DNA of 64,000 nucleotides from Neophaeotheca triangularis (GCA_054600435.1 BAAIJX010000037.1:124001-188000), one strand, 5' to 3'. Counted from the stretch's first letter, positions 31,900 through 44,190 are shown. Notes: generated from the letters alone by a model not told the origin. Made by a program: numbers and translations.

Positions 31900-33830
31900 A
31901 CCCAGCTACCTGCTACACCAGAGACTTCCACAGGTAAGAAACCAGAGATGTCGGGGGCGATCTTTGCGAGGCTGCTGGTGGCGTTCTAGCAGAATATGCG
32001 GAGGGAGGCACGATGGTCCCGACGAGTACTCTCCTCTTGTCGTTTGCGAAGGCCGACGTCCGAGTTCAACTAGAGAACAGACCCATTGCTGTCCGAGACG
32101 GTGACACAGAAGGACTAAGATCGGATGCCGCACAGGCGAGCGCTCGGCAGTCCAGCTGAGTGAAGGGCAGAGTCCATGAGAGCTTGGAGGTAAAGTCAAT
32201 CCGTCTGTTCGGCGTCGACGCAAACGGTCGATTCGTCTACACAGAGCAAGGCCCCAGACAGCATATGTTTGTGGAGATGAGGCGAAGGTACCGCGCTTGC
32301 ATCGCTCAAGCCTACTTGGATCAACTCAAGCCGGTTAACGGAAGCTTGAACTCTCTCCGCTCAGGGTGCTCCAGCTTCTCCATGACGATTTCCGGGACAA
32401 TCTTTCCCTCCCTAAAGCTCCATTATCTGGGCCACGAACGGCAATAGCAATCAGCTGATATGTGTTGTCGTCGCTCCGTCTCAGCACAACGGGCCAGCTG
32501 CAGCCGTAGAGCACGCAAAACCCTGTCGAATTTTGAGTGAGCGCGAGTACTCAGCAAAAGACCCGTTGATGTCGCAAACATGCCGCCTCTGGCATACGAG
32601 CCACTGTGGTGGTGCTGATACGAGACATCAAGACCCCCGACTACCCACCAGTCACTGTCGGGTAAGTCAAGGCTGTCTCCGTGGGCACAGGAGAAACTTC
32701 CTGGATCGGATTCATCCGCAATCTTACTATTTCACAGCGCATTCCTCCACTGAATAGACGTATCGCACTCTCTTCCGCCACTCGAGACGTAGCCTCTTTC
32801 ACTCGGCTCGTAGTCCGGTCGTTTGCCACTGTGTTCATACCAAAGTCCTCAAACATACGTAGCCCGCTCTCATATTCGCTGTCCTGTCCACTGCGTCGAA
32901 GACATGTGTGGTGTCGATAGTACCAAAGACGCGAGTCCGACCTTGCAGTCTAAGCAAGACGTCGCCCGTTAACCGAACTCCCCATTCGTCTCGTTCGCGC
33001 ACCAAGAAACCGCGGAAGGCCGGTAAGAAAAGAAGGGAGAGCCCATCCGTCTAGGGAAAGATCTACGGTCCAAGACGGCAGCCAGACTTCGTTGTAAGCC
33101 ATCTCTTGAGGCTTTGGCTCTCTCGACTCGCGGGACACTAGCCAGTGCTCACAGTGTGGCGGATGAATCACAGGCTCCGTCCAAGTTGGTCGTGGAGCAG
33201 ATAGCAAGAGCGTCGAGCTTCGGTTGATAATGAAACGATTGCTCCTTTCTCGCTGGTAAATTGATCTTGTTGTTTGGGTGTAATCCGCGAACATGAATGG
33301 CTTCTCGCAGGCGTCAATTTGCAAGGCTCAATAATGCAAAAACCTTGTCCTACATGTCGAATGCCACCAAACGAGAATCACTGATCACTAGTGGTACTTC
33401 AAGGGTCTGATCAAGGGTAGTCTTGACCTGCGTACCGACCGGGGCCATTGTAATCGAGGGGCAACCATGCCAGGTCGGCTTCCAAAGCAAGGCACGCCCG
33501 TTCGTGGTGAGTTCCCGAGCGCTATGTAGCGTCGCCGCTCGTCTCGAGCTTCGAGTTTTGTATCCGACAGCGCTTGGCACGCTGCATGAAACTATTTCGG
33601 AAACTCCGCGGATTGTCAGACTCGTGCGGAGCCATTCTCGTGCCTTCCTAACCGCATTGGCTCGGTGTAAGTCCACGTTCGCGATTCCACCCAGAATATC
33701 CACCACCGTGTGCCATATACTCTTATCAGCAATGCGCGCAGAAAGACGAATCTGGTAAGGTTCAAGGATCAGCATCAGCTCACTATCGCGGCCATCTCCT
33801 CTAGTACCTAGTGTCTATCCCCGTTCCCAC
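31900..33830 (-). pseudogene. Decayed HET-domain protein (C-terminal part)
   Basis: Fragments WWERG*TL (about 33815), AFDM*DKVFALLSLA (about 33350), frameshift to ADYTQTTRSIY and WLPSWTVD. These match the W..R.WTLQE, DPRDK.YALL, PDY and LPSW motifs of HET proteins. Boundaries are approximate. Confidence 0.55.
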
Positions 33831-33889
33831 CAAAGATTACAACCCATAACAGCACCAGTAAGAAAAGCACCATAACAAGATCGAGGATT

Positions 33890-35000
33890 CGGCACTTCAC
33901 ATTGATATCACGGCGCTATTGCTCCGCAAGATCTTCTTGCTCGATACAGATAGCATCCCGCGCAGTGCCGAGGCGTCTCTCGGCCGGGCAAGTAAAGCGA
34001 AAAGAATAGCGCCCCCTTGCACCGGATAGCGGCATGCCCTCCATACTGGCCTCGTGAGTGCCTTTTGCGCCCCCCTTGCCCTGAGCGTATGGTTACGGCG
34101 TTTCGAAGGGTGGGCTGGGCAGTCCGGCGCCGCCGAATCCACAACGCCAAGACGGACGCGTACATTTCCGCCGTGGCCTCTTCGCCGGGCTCGAAGGGTC
34201 GGAAACCGAGTCCGTCGCCTCCTGGGGTCGAAAGAGGCTTGGTCTATGGACGACGGACCCTGGTTAGTTTTTGGAAACGGCTCGTCCGAGCGAGTTTCCC
34301 GCTCCAGGTCCAGTGCCTTTCGAGGTCAACGGAGACTTTGCTTATCTTTTCGCAATCCGATGGAGTTGTTGAAGCAAGGGGGGGTTGCGGACTCGGTAGA
34401 GCTGGAGGCTCGTGGCTTGTGTTCATTCCGGGGGGAGCGGCGTCGGGCAGGTGGGTGCGGGTTTAGGCGGTTTGGAGTGGGAGTCCGCCATACCGATGCT
34501 GGCGGGCTGACCTGTCGACGAGTCGGAAGGGAACTGCTAGAGTATCGCCGGTAAGCGGGTAGTGTTGTCGACAGCGCGAGTTTGTACGGGTTGTCAAGCC
34601 GGCGTAGCAGAGGCTCTTTCCGAACAGGAACAAGAAGTGAGGGGAGGGAGAAAGTTGTGAAATTCCCAACGGCGCTCTGAAGCGTGTCAGCCCCGTGTTT
34701 TCCGCAAGGTTGAACACAGTAGCTCACCTTCCGTCAGCTATACCTAGGAAGCGTCTCTCGCAGGCTTCTTATCCCTTCCAGGTTACGGGAAATATGCAAG
34801 CGCAGCATCTCGTGTATCTTTGGCGCTTACCCACCGTCAGCGCGTACTGCTGCTTTTCACGCGGTGAGCCCGATGCAAGAGCGCCTGTCCAGCCCCCAGA
34901 CATGTGATGCGTATGCCGCCCTGTTTCCAATCTCGTGTGGTACACTCGAAGGCGTTATTTTAGAGCGTGCAGTCGAAAGAACACTGCCTAGACCTCCTCC
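33890..35000 (+). ncRNA. Candidate long structured non-coding RNA (identity unresolved)
   Basis: Many nested 8-10 bp complementary stems and GNRA/UUCG-type loops. G-U pairs favour the + strand. No convincing ORF. Confidence 0.4.
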
Positions 35001-35159
35001 CGTCAGAATAATGACCCTGCATCACTCCGACAGCCGGATTACCAGTCATGTGAGGGTATTGTGTGTTCACTTTAGCAGAGTTTCCAGGGAAGGCAAATCT
35101 ATTCAACAGCACACAGCTTCACAAGAGCAATGGCTCAAGCCACACTCAGCCAATCCCCC

Positions 35160-36692
35160 TTAACTCTCCCTCGGCACCCCGCCATTCCTATACTCCCACA
35201 AGCGACTAACATCCTTGACCCTAACCTTGCCCTTGTCTTTACCCTTCCCGTCCCCCTTGCCCTCCAACCCCCCAACCAAACCACCATCCCTCTTCTCCCC
35301 CTCCCCAACCTCTCCAGCCCAATGCCCCGCCAACTTTCCCAAATCCCCCACCCCCTCGCTCAAACCCCCATGCCCACCATCCCCATCCACCCCTTCCTCC
35401 CCAGACTCCCCGCAAAACCCCTCCTTGACACGCAAATCCATAAAACCATTCCCATCCCGCACTCTCCAGCCTCCTCGCCCCTTCTCCCCTTCCCCGCCAG
35501 TCCCGAGCTCCCCCATCAGACCCCCGCGTTTCTCATTACCGACGCCGACCTCGCCTCGTCCCGGTTTGGAGGAATCTTCGAGTTGGAACATGTTGTCCAG
35601 GTAGTGTTGGTTCATGAGGTGTCCCGAGCCGGCGCGCACGAAGATCTTACCCACGTAGCGGTCCTCGGCGCACGCAAAGTGCAGCACGCCCCATCGTGCC
35701 ACGAAGTCTGTGCTGTTGGCGTAGTGTTCTATGTGTGGAATGACGCGGGCGGGAGGGTTGGCAGGGGATGCTGGGGTGGGAGCAGAGGGGTTGGGTCTTG
35801 TGGAAGCGTTGCGGGGGGCGAGGTGTGGGGTTTGGGACGCGGGGTTGGAGGGGACTTGGCCTTCGGTTCCGGTGCGGCGGAGCGGGGAGTTGAAGTGGTT
35901 GGCGGCGTTGCCGAAGGTGTAGACTTCGAGTTTGGAGAGGACGTCTTGGGAGAGTTCGGAGAGGAGCCAGTCTACGATTAGTGCGCTTTCGATGCCGCCC
36001 TGGCTGTGGCTGACGAAGATGACTTTTTTGTAGCGCGGGTTGTGGAGCGCGGTTTTGACGCGGGCGTATGCGTTGCGGACGTCGAGGGTCGCGTAGCTGA
36101 AGCAGCGTTGTAGGAGGCATTGAAAGATGTCGAAGATGATGCCCGAGGTGGGGTTATGGATTCCTGTGATGTGTCGACCGAAGGTTAGGGAGAGGAGGTT
36201 GATGTTGGATTGTAGCCAGTTGCGGCCGACGGCTACACCGTTAAGGAAGATCCAATATTCATCTTCGTGGGTGGGATAGTGCTTTAGGTCAACGGTGGAT
36301 TCGAGGACGGTGGTGTTGAAGTTGAGGAGGTAGCAGATATACTTATTGCTGAACCAGAAGACGCAGAGGTATGCAACGGCGACTCCCACCGGGACGACGG
36401 GGACGAAAGGTAGGATGAAGAGTGAGAGGAGGAAGAGTAGTTGCACAACTATGAGGATGCAGTGGAGGACGACGTTAGCGATGTTGTGGGCTGTCGGGTA
36501 AAGTTCGTCTAGTCGTCCTGATCGGAATGGCAGGATGGGAAGAAGGATTCCGGGGACGGCCCTCCATATTGTAAGGCAGAGGACTAGGTCATCCCATAAA
36601 AGTTTGAGTGGCGAACCGGTGTAAGGGCGTGGCTTTTTATCATTTGTCGGGCCTTTTGAGGTTAAAACTTGAGCGCTAGATGCTTCTGCCAT
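35160..36692 (-). CDS. Membrane-anchored alpha/beta-hydrolase-fold protein, intronless
   Basis: Hydrophobic N-terminal helices, FLNGVAVG, nucleophile elbow VSHSQGG, VYTFGNAA, HYANSTDFVA and GSGHLMNQHY. Confidence 0.8.
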   Translation of the reverse strand: MAEASSAQVLTSKGPTNDKKPRPYTGSPLKLLWDDLVLCLTIWRAVPGILLPILPFRSGRLDELYPTAHNIANVVLHCILIVVQLLFLLSLFILPFVPVVPVGVAVAYLCVFWFSNKYICYLLNFNTTVLESTVDLKHYPTHEDEYWIFLNGVAVGRNWLQSNINLLSLTFGRHITGIHNPTSGIIFDIFQCLLQRCFSYATLDVRNAYARVKTALHNPRYKKVIFVSHSQGGIESALIVDWLLSELSQDVLSKLEVYTFGNAANHFNSPLRRTGTEGQVPSNPASQTPHLAPRNASTRPNPSAPTPASPANPPARVIPHIEHYANSTDFVARWGVLHFACAEDRYVGKIFVRAGSGHLMNQHYLDNMFQLEDSSKPGRGEVGVGNEKRGGLMGELGTGGEGEKGRGGWRVRDGNGFMDLRVKEGFCGESGEEGVDGDGGHGGLSEGVGDLGKLAGHWAGEVGEGEKRDGGLVGGLEGKGDGKGKDKGKVRVKDVSRLWEYRNGGVPRES

Positions 36693-37188
36693 GATTGATA
36701 AAGTCTTAGTAGGATGATGACTTGATAAAGGCTCGATAGGAGTGTGTAGGAATACGAAAATCGAAGCGATGAAATGAAATGGAGGTGAAAGTTTTCCGAG
36801 AAGGGAAAGATGGGGGGATAAGGGAATAAGGTATTTGCTGTAGTAGTCGGCGACTACCCCGTCATCAGTCAGACTGATGTGATGGGGGAGGCTCAGCTGA
36901 GGCTACCACGAGACCAAGAAAAGAGATGGATGAGAAGTTTGAATTTCCAGTCTTGTTTTATGATGAAATAGACGGTAATCGATGTTTGTGGCCCCGAGAA
37001 AAGGGTATGAAACGCAGATGCAGATGCAGATGTAGATGCAGATGGGGAAGTCGGCCAAAGACACGCGTGGAGCTCGAGAAAAATAATTATGGGCATCGAA
37101 TGCCGCCAAGAATGGAACTTAGTCGATACTTTAGCCAGCTTGACATGACAAGGTTAAGCCACTCGAGGGTGAGCTAAGGGATATGGAT

Positions 37189-37220
<32 letters not shown>
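37189..37220. repeat. (TAG)n microsatellite
   Basis: Direct reading, about 10 copies. Confidence 0.9.
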
Positions 37221-37595
37221 TGCGGTAACGGCATGCCCTGCTCTGTCAAACAAAAATCGGGATTCATCTCGCCATCTCCGGGCCGAAGGGAAGGGAAGAG
37301 AAGCTCCCGACTTTTGATCTGCAACCTGAACCTTCAGGCACCAATCTTGAACTTCACTTTCGCGCGCGACTTCACGTGTACATCAAACATCGCATCAACA
37401 CCAACGACAATTCGCGACACTCTACCACACCTCAACAAAGCTAACCTCGAGCCATCAATCAACTCCACCCGAGTTTCATACTTCACCAGCGCGACATTCC
37501 TCACATCTCGCAATACAAGAACACTCACATACTGAAGCGCGAGCGCCAGCTACACACAGCGCATAGGCGCTGAAGAGGTGGAAGAGGCGGCAATC

Positions 37596-38963
37596 ATGTC
37601 GGTGTGGAACCCAGACAACATCATCGACGTTGCCGAGTCGGTGGGAATCGGTTCACTACAAAAGGATGTGGTAGAGCACCTGGCGAGAGATGTGGAATAC
37701 CGCCTCAGCCAAGTGTTGGAAGAGGCTCTGAAATTCATGCGCCATGGCAAGCGTACAACACTCAGCACTCAAGACATATCTCAAGCGCTGCGTTTACTAG
37801 ACGTCGAACCACTCTATGGCTACGAATCGACGCGCCCCCTCCGCTTTGGTGAAGCTTCAATCGGACCTGGCCAACCACTTTACTACGTAGAAGACGAGGA
37901 CATGGACTTTGAAAAGTTAATAAACGCACCGTTGCCTCCCGTCCCTCGCGAAATGAGCTTCACCGCCCATTGGCTCGCGGTTGAAGGCGTTCAACCGTCC
38001 ATTGCGCAAAATCCAACCCAAGCCGAAACCAATTCCCGCGAACTCACTGCCAAGGGACCAGGCGCGAATCAAACCCTCGCAGCTCTCAGTGGCGGCGACA
38101 ACGTAGCTGTAAAGCCGCTCGTCAAACACGTCCTATCCAAAGAACTACAACTCTACTTCGACCGCATCTCAGCCGCCGTCTACGATGTCTCCAACGAAGA
38201 ACTCCGCGTCGCCGCCCTCGCCTCCCTTCGCACCGATCCAGGAATCCATCAACTCCTTCCCTACTTCACTCAACTCGCGGCCGACAAAGTCACCCACCAA
38301 CTCGCCAGCATTTTCACACTAACCCAATCTCTACGCCTCCTGGAAGCGCTCCTCGCAAACAACGCCCTCTACCTCGCCCCCTACATCCCTCACACCATTC
38401 CCACCGTCCTAACCTGCATGCTAGCCAAACACCTCGGCAACTCCACCCAAGACCCGCCAACCACGCACCTCTCACTTCGCTCCTACGCGTCCAGCCTCCT
38501 CGCCTCCATCGCCCGCACCTACGCCTCGACCTCCTCAACGCTCAAACCTCGCCTCGCCCGCGCCTGCCTCAGCGCCTGGCTCGACACCCACAACCCCTGG
38601 GGAACCCACTACGGCGCCATTCTAGGTCTAACCGCTATAGCCGGCCCCGCGGGTGTCCGATCCCTGCTCCTCCCAAATTTATCAGCCTACTCGCAACACT
38701 TGCAAACCGGCCTCGACGAGCCCACCGGCAGCACCAAACGCCTCGCCGCGGAAGAAGTCCTGACCGCAATCCTCACGGCTCTCCAAACCCTAGAAACGGA
38801 GCCCGCGGCCCAAAAACCCGATCTCGACGATCCCGAAGCGAAGGCCTCGACCAAGGAATCTCTAGTGCCCGTGCTTGGGGAAATGCTCGCGGAGAAAGTT
38901 CTGGCTTCGGCAAGGGCCGCGGCCGTCGCGAAGGCTGTTCTAGAAACTCCTGACGGGGCTTAA
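37596..38963 (+). CDS. TAF6: TFIID/SAGA subunit TAF6
   Basis: MSVWNPDNIIDVAESVGI histone fold, DVEYRL...KFMRHGKR, VEPLYGY, TAHWLAVEGVQP, KHVLSKELQLYF, DPGIHQLLPYF and GTHYGAILGL. Confidence 0.96.
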   Translation: MSVWNPDNIIDVAESVGIGSLQKDVVEHLARDVEYRLSQVLEEALKFMRHGKRTTLSTQDISQALRLLDVEPLYGYESTRPLRFGEASIGPGQPLYYVEDEDMDFEKLINAPLPPVPREMSFTAHWLAVEGVQPSIAQNPTQAETNSRELTAKGPGANQTLAALSGGDNVAVKPLVKHVLSKELQLYFDRISAAVYDVSNEELRVAALASLRTDPGIHQLLPYFTQLAADKVTHQLASIFTLTQSLRLLEALLANNALYLAPYIPHTIPTVLTCMLAKHLGNSTQDPPTTHLSLRSYASSLLASIARTYASTSSTLKPRLARACLSAWLDTHNPWGTHYGAILGLTAIAGPAGVRSLLLPNLSAYSQHLQTGLDEPTGSTKRLAAEEVLTAILTALQTLETEPAAQKPDLDDPEAKASTKESLVPVLGEMLAEKVLASARAAAVAKAVLETPDGA

Positions 38964-39688
38964 GCGGGCCTTTTCAAGCAAGCTCCCAGCGGGGTTTTGA
39001 AGCGGCGAATGTGGGTGTTTGAGTGGTAGGCGACAGTAAACTCCGGGAAGCGGTATTTCATGCACGGTGATGGTCAGGTTGCGGGCGACGCTGGTGGTGG
39101 GTTTGATAGGAAGCGGAAGATGGTGCGGCTTGCTTTTTCCTCTCCGAATTGGAAGGCGATGGGCCAAGAGGAAGGTTAGGCCGCTTTGGGTAGCTGGGTT
39201 CGCGCTTTGGTGGATGTGATTTCACTTTTCTTTTTTTCCATTCTTCGGTGCGATAGCCTAGCTGGAGGGGATTTGCGATTGCCACAGCTAGAGCAATGCG
39301 ATGGATAGGCTCGACGGTGGTCTTTTTTTTTTTTAGCAAGGCGTTCGTGGCGCTTTGGGGACGCCTGGCTGCTGAGCTTTCTCAGTGACGACTAGAGCCA
39401 GCCAGCCAGCCCAGTTTAATCAAACTTCAGGGGAATTTTGTACTGCCTATCTTCATCGCGGCCCAGACTTATATGCAACCGGCTCGAGAGCACTTGTCAA
39501 GCCCCCCGATGGAAGCTTACAACACTACATCCACGGATATAGTCCATTGGTTTTTTTTTAAAAAAAAACCAAAGCAGCAATTCCACCAAAAACCGCCCTC
39601 TCGGCATCGAAAGAGCGAACATCACATGAATGGCTGTCCCCCGGTTTTAAATCTCCATGTTTTGATGCCCTGCTTTAATCCCTCGTCC

Positions 39689-39692
<4 letters not shown>

Positions 39693-39728
<36 letters not shown>

Positions 39729-39730
39729 GT
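39693..39730. repeat. (TCTG)n microsatellite
   Basis: Direct reading. Confidence 0.9.
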
Positions 39731-39854
39731 ATATAAGTAGTTCCCCCGCGTCGGGGGGAAAGCTTCCGAAAACGCAATGTACCTCCGCCCGACCTGACAT
39801 TATCATTGGCGGTGAGGGAGGGGACTTAGTTTACTTTACTTTATTTACTCTTTC

Positions 39855-40007
39855 GGTTCGTCTGGGTCGTTTGGTTCGTCTGGTTCGTCTGGGTCGTTTG
39901 GTTCGTTTGGTTCGTCTGGTTCGTTTGGTTCGTCTGGGTCGTTTGGTTCGTTTGGTTCGTCTGGGTCGTTTGGTTCGTCTGGGTCGTTTGGTTCGTCTGG
40001 GTCGTTT
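39855..40007. repeat. 9-bp minisatellite GG(T/G)TCGT(C/T)T, about 17 copies
   Basis: Direct reading: ggttcgtct, gggtcgttt and ggttcgttt variants in tandem. Confidence 0.92.
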
Positions 40008-40019
40008 AGGTCTAGCTAT

Positions 40020-40275
40020 ACCTTTACCTGTTTAATTCTTGCCGGCTCTATCTATACCTTTTCCATTATCGCCGCCTCTGTCTATACCTATGCCAAGTGA
40101 ATTCTCGCCGGCTCTATCAATACCTACTCCATTATCGCCGCCTCTATCTATACCTATGCCAAGTGAATTCTCGCCGGCTCTATCGATACCTACTCAATCA
40201 TATTATCGCCGGCTCCATCTATACCTACTCAATCATCGCCGCCTCTATCGATACCTACAAGTATACCTACTCAAC
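40020..40275. repeat. Degenerate compound tandem repeat (alternating ~27/36-bp units, core CGCCG(G/C)CTCTATCTATACCTA)
   Basis: Direct reading; TpA-rich. Confidence 0.8.
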
Positions 40276-41216
40276 CACCACCGCCTCACTTTCCTTCTTC
40301 GGAATACCTGTTTTCGCGCGCCACTTTTCCCGATTCTCGGGATTTTATTCCTTCTCGCTTCGTTGTTGCCTAGATATGGATATCTGGCTGCCTGCCTAGC
40401 TATATAAGGAGGTAAGTTGGCTGTACTAGTACTTTTTCGGAATTCTGGCGCCTAGGTGGCTTAACAGTGGTTTTCTTTTCGCTAAGGTGGGCAGGCGGCA
40501 ACGTGACGGGAGGGTTTTTCTCGTGCCTACATACACTACGCTTTGCTGTCGTTGTTTGTGTTAGTGGACTTGGTACGAGGCGTGAGTGGGCTAGGTGCGA
40601 TTCGCGAGGGCTGTTTATAGTCGCTCTGATGCTGTCAATGGCTTGCCTTTTTACTTGTTTAGGGAAGGGTTTTTGGGTCGTGGTTAGGCTGCTGGGTTTG
40701 GGGGGCGGTGATTGGTTTGGATAGAGATCTGGTAGGGGAGGGGGAGGGTCGGTTTGCATTTCCAGGCTGTTGATTTGGTGTGGACTTTTGTGTGCTGGTT
40801 GGGAGGGAGCTGGGGGGTTGTCATCGGGGCGCTTGGGAGGGGTACGTGGATGTCGTACGTATGCCCCCAACTTCGTGTGAGAGCAGAGCAGGTGATGGAG
40901 AGACAGGGGAGCTCCTGCATTGCATGGCATGGCTGGTTGCCTTGGGGACTTGGGCGGTTATGTAGAGGTGTTGGATACTTAAGTGCTACGTCTTGACCCA
41001 CCCCCACCTGCGTTGTCTGCCTACTGCTACCACTGCTGCCAGGTCTCACAACGCAAGCTCTACAAACTAAAGCTGTCCTTTGATATTCCACCGACCTCGC
41101 CGCCGCGCAACAACTCGCCTGCAATCGCAAACCGAAGCCTGACCGACCCACCCCTCCCCCCAAGAACCAAACCCACCCCGACCCTCCCCCGCATCAAACC
41201 CCACCGTCCGCACACA

Positions 41217-42326
41217 ATGGGCCAATACCCCTCCACCGCCCGAATCGCGCTCCCCCTCTCCACAACCGCAGCCGCAACAAACCCCAACACCACCAACCCC
41301 ATCAACCTCGCCCCAACCCCCAACAACCCCCCCACCTTTTCCACCACTACAGCCAACCCCAACTCCCTCCATCCCCTCAACCCAACAAGCTGGTCCTCGG
41401 GCAGCGGCAGCAGCAGCAACAAGACGCCGCCGAGGGAGCGAGCGCGAGCGGCGTTGGAAGCCATTCTGCCGCCTTTGCACGAGATGCGCTGGGAGAGTAA
41501 TGGCTTGAGAAGGGTGGATGTTGGGTGGGGGGTTTGGGAGGGGGCCGGGGATAGGGGGCAATTTGTTGGTGAGTTTTTCTTTCTTTCTTTTTTTTTCTTT
41601 CTATATTTACCCCTCCGCGCTTTTTCTTTCCTTCGTCACCTTCCCTCGGCGAGGTTTAGTGGTCTTGGGTTTGGAGTTTGTCGGTTAGGGGAATAGTATC
41701 TATCGATGGGAGAGGGGATGAGTGAGGTAGGGGCGCAAGGAGTTCGAGCTGTGACGAGAGGATTAGTGGAATGATTCGCCGACGCCACCGAAGTGCAAAG
41801 GCATAGCGGACGAGCAGAACCAGAAAGCTAACGCCAGCCGCACCTCGCAGACGTCCTGCTAACCGTGCTAACGGCCAACCCCTCGCTGCCGCTGCCGCTG
41901 CTCTCGCCCGCGGGCTCCGCCGGCGGCAAAGACGCCCACGAGTTCAAACTCCTCTACTCACGCCTCCCCACCACCACCGCCACGACCCCGCCCCAAGCGC
42001 AAGAAACTCTCATCCTCGCGACCCTCGTGGTCCTCGATGCCGATGGCGTTATCAAAACCCAACTCAGCCCGCCGCTGGCCACTGGCGGTGCTGCCACGAG
42101 GCGCGAGGCTTTTGTCAAGTTCCGTCAGGATGTGGAGGTCAGGCTGGGGGAGGTCTTGAGGGGTGTCGGGGTCAAGGGCGAGTGGGATGGTGTTGAGGGC
42201 GTGGTTTGGGAGGGGTTGCCTAGGTATCGGGACGTTGGGGACGGAGTTGTTGGTGCTAGTGTGAGGGGGAGTGGTGAGGGCGCCGTTGGTGGTTTTGCGG
42301 CCGCTCCGGGTGAGAGGGAGGTTTGA
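41217..42326 (+). CDS. Hypothetical protein, 2 exons (41217-41568, 41851-42326)
   Basis: Intron GTGAGT(41569)...GCTAAC...CAG(41850) joins ORF 40983 to ORF 41865 in frame. Same C-rich to G-rich codon pattern as neighbouring genes. No recognisable domain. Confidence 0.55.
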
Positions 42327-43282
42327 GTGGCTTTTGGGACGTTGGAGCGGTGGCTGGGCTTACCTTGGTTGGGATGTGGGAGTGTGGATGGTTTGCTAAT
42401 GCGGGCTGCTGTTGTGTGCTTTTTTTTTTTTAAGGGGGGGGGGGGGGGAGGGGGGTTGTCTTTGGTAGCTCACAGGCATTTTCTGCTGATAAGGCTCGTT
42501 GCAGAATGCCGGAAATTCCATCTCTGAAGCGCCTTCCATCCTCTTCACTGTCTTTGGAGAATTCCCATCATGACCCCGTCGCCAGTGAAACAATTATCAA
42601 GACGAGAACATTCTTCCTTGAAACCGAGGCTGTGCGACTGTCCTGTCGCTGATTAATGGCAAGAAACCAAGTGTTGCACGAACCCTGCAGTTCCAACACA
42701 GATCTTGGTAGCTTCCCTGCTAATGTTACAAGGTATTTAGTCACGAGGTCCAAGATAGAGATTCTAGTACTACAGCATAGCTCCAACAAGGTTGAGGTTG
42801 AGTCCATCTTACCTTGTGGTTTTGACGTAGCACGGCTGCTGCGCAGGTTACCTTACTATGTAACATGGCTTTGCTCCCAATGCCTGTGGTCTCACAGTAC
42901 ATATCATTGCAAGCCTGAAGATCACTGCTCATGAGGCGGAAACATGTTCGATCCTCGATCAAAAGCCGCAACACGTTCTAGCAGGTGAAAGGTTGAGTAT
43001 TGAGAGAATGTCTATTCAGAAGCTCTCGCCCTCGACAGATGGTCCGGCATTTCCCAATCCGTAATACCGAATCGAAGCAAGACAACCTCGACCTCGACTA
43101 GGTTTAGAGGGTCGTTTGTTGATACAAGACTGCGTACGACATCCGACGGCGTGCCGTAGACTATTACAATAGCGCCTAATATCACTTGCTTAGAATTATC
43201 CGGCAGCCAGACGATCGCTGCGGAAGGAGAAGACGCCAGCAACACCATTACCAGCCAATTGCCACTGATAGCCAGGCACAAC

Positions 43283-44190
43283 ATGTCCGGTGCAATCCCC
43301 CTTGAACCGCCCTCCCGCGGCCTTCACGGCAAGGTCGCCATAGTTACGGGCGCAGGGTGTTTCGGAGATGGTTTGGGCAACGGCCGCGCCATCTCCATCA
43401 TGCTCGCCGATGAAGGCTGCAACGTCGTCTGCCTGGATGTAAACCGAGAATGGGCTTCTAGGACAGCTGAGATTGCGAATTCCAAACCTGGACGAGGACA
43501 AGCGGTCGCCACCACAGGAGATGTCACATCCTCTGATGACTGTGCAGCAGCCGTCCAGCTTGCTGTTGACCAGTTCGGGAGACTCGACATCCTCGTTAAC
43601 AACGTCGGCATTGCCGGCGCTCCAGGGACGGCTGTCGACGTTGATATGGAGGCTTGGGCCAAGGGGCTGGAGATTAATGTCAGCAGCATGGTCTCCATGG
43701 CGAAGCATGCAGTGCCTGTGATGGCGCGGAACGACGGCGAGGTCAGGGGATCCATCATCAACATGGGCAGTGTTGCGGGCCTGAAGGGTGGAACGCCGCA
43801 TTTGCTTTACCCGACAAGCAAAGGGGCTGTTGTCAATATGACTAGAGCTATGGCGGCTCATCACGCTGAGTCTGGCATCCGGGTGAACTGTGTCTGTCCC
43901 GGGGTGAGCGGACCTTGCAACCATGAGACTGTGACACAATGCTGACGAGACTATAGATGCTCTACACTCCGATGATGTCTTCGAAGGGCATGACCGAGGA
44001 AGCTCGAGCGGCGCGGAAGGCGAGGAGTTTGCTAGGTACTGAGGGTAATGGCTGGGACTGCGCAGCATCAGTTGTTTTCCTCGCCAGTAATCATGCTCGG
44101 TGGATTACGGGCGCCGTACTGCCCGTCGATGCTGGTACTACCGCTGCTGTTGGGATTGGTATGACCAAGGCGGCAAGTGTTAATGGCTAA
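43283..44190 (+). CDS. Short-chain dehydrogenase/reductase (SDR); 1 intron (~43904-43956)
   Basis: GKVAIVTGAG...GNG, DILVNNVG, INMGS, YPTSK (YxxxK), IRVNCVCPG and WITGAVLPVDAG. Confidence 0.92.

Noticed and set aside
35218..35226. ACCCTAACC telomerase-template-like sequence near the structured region
   Set aside because: Lies inside the 3' coding end of the hydrolase gene and downstream of the CR4/5-like element, the wrong order for a telomerase RNA.
39855..40275. Repeat arrays as CRISPR or telomeric repeats
   Set aside because: No unique spacers, no cas genes, eukaryotic context, and not TTAGGG-type.
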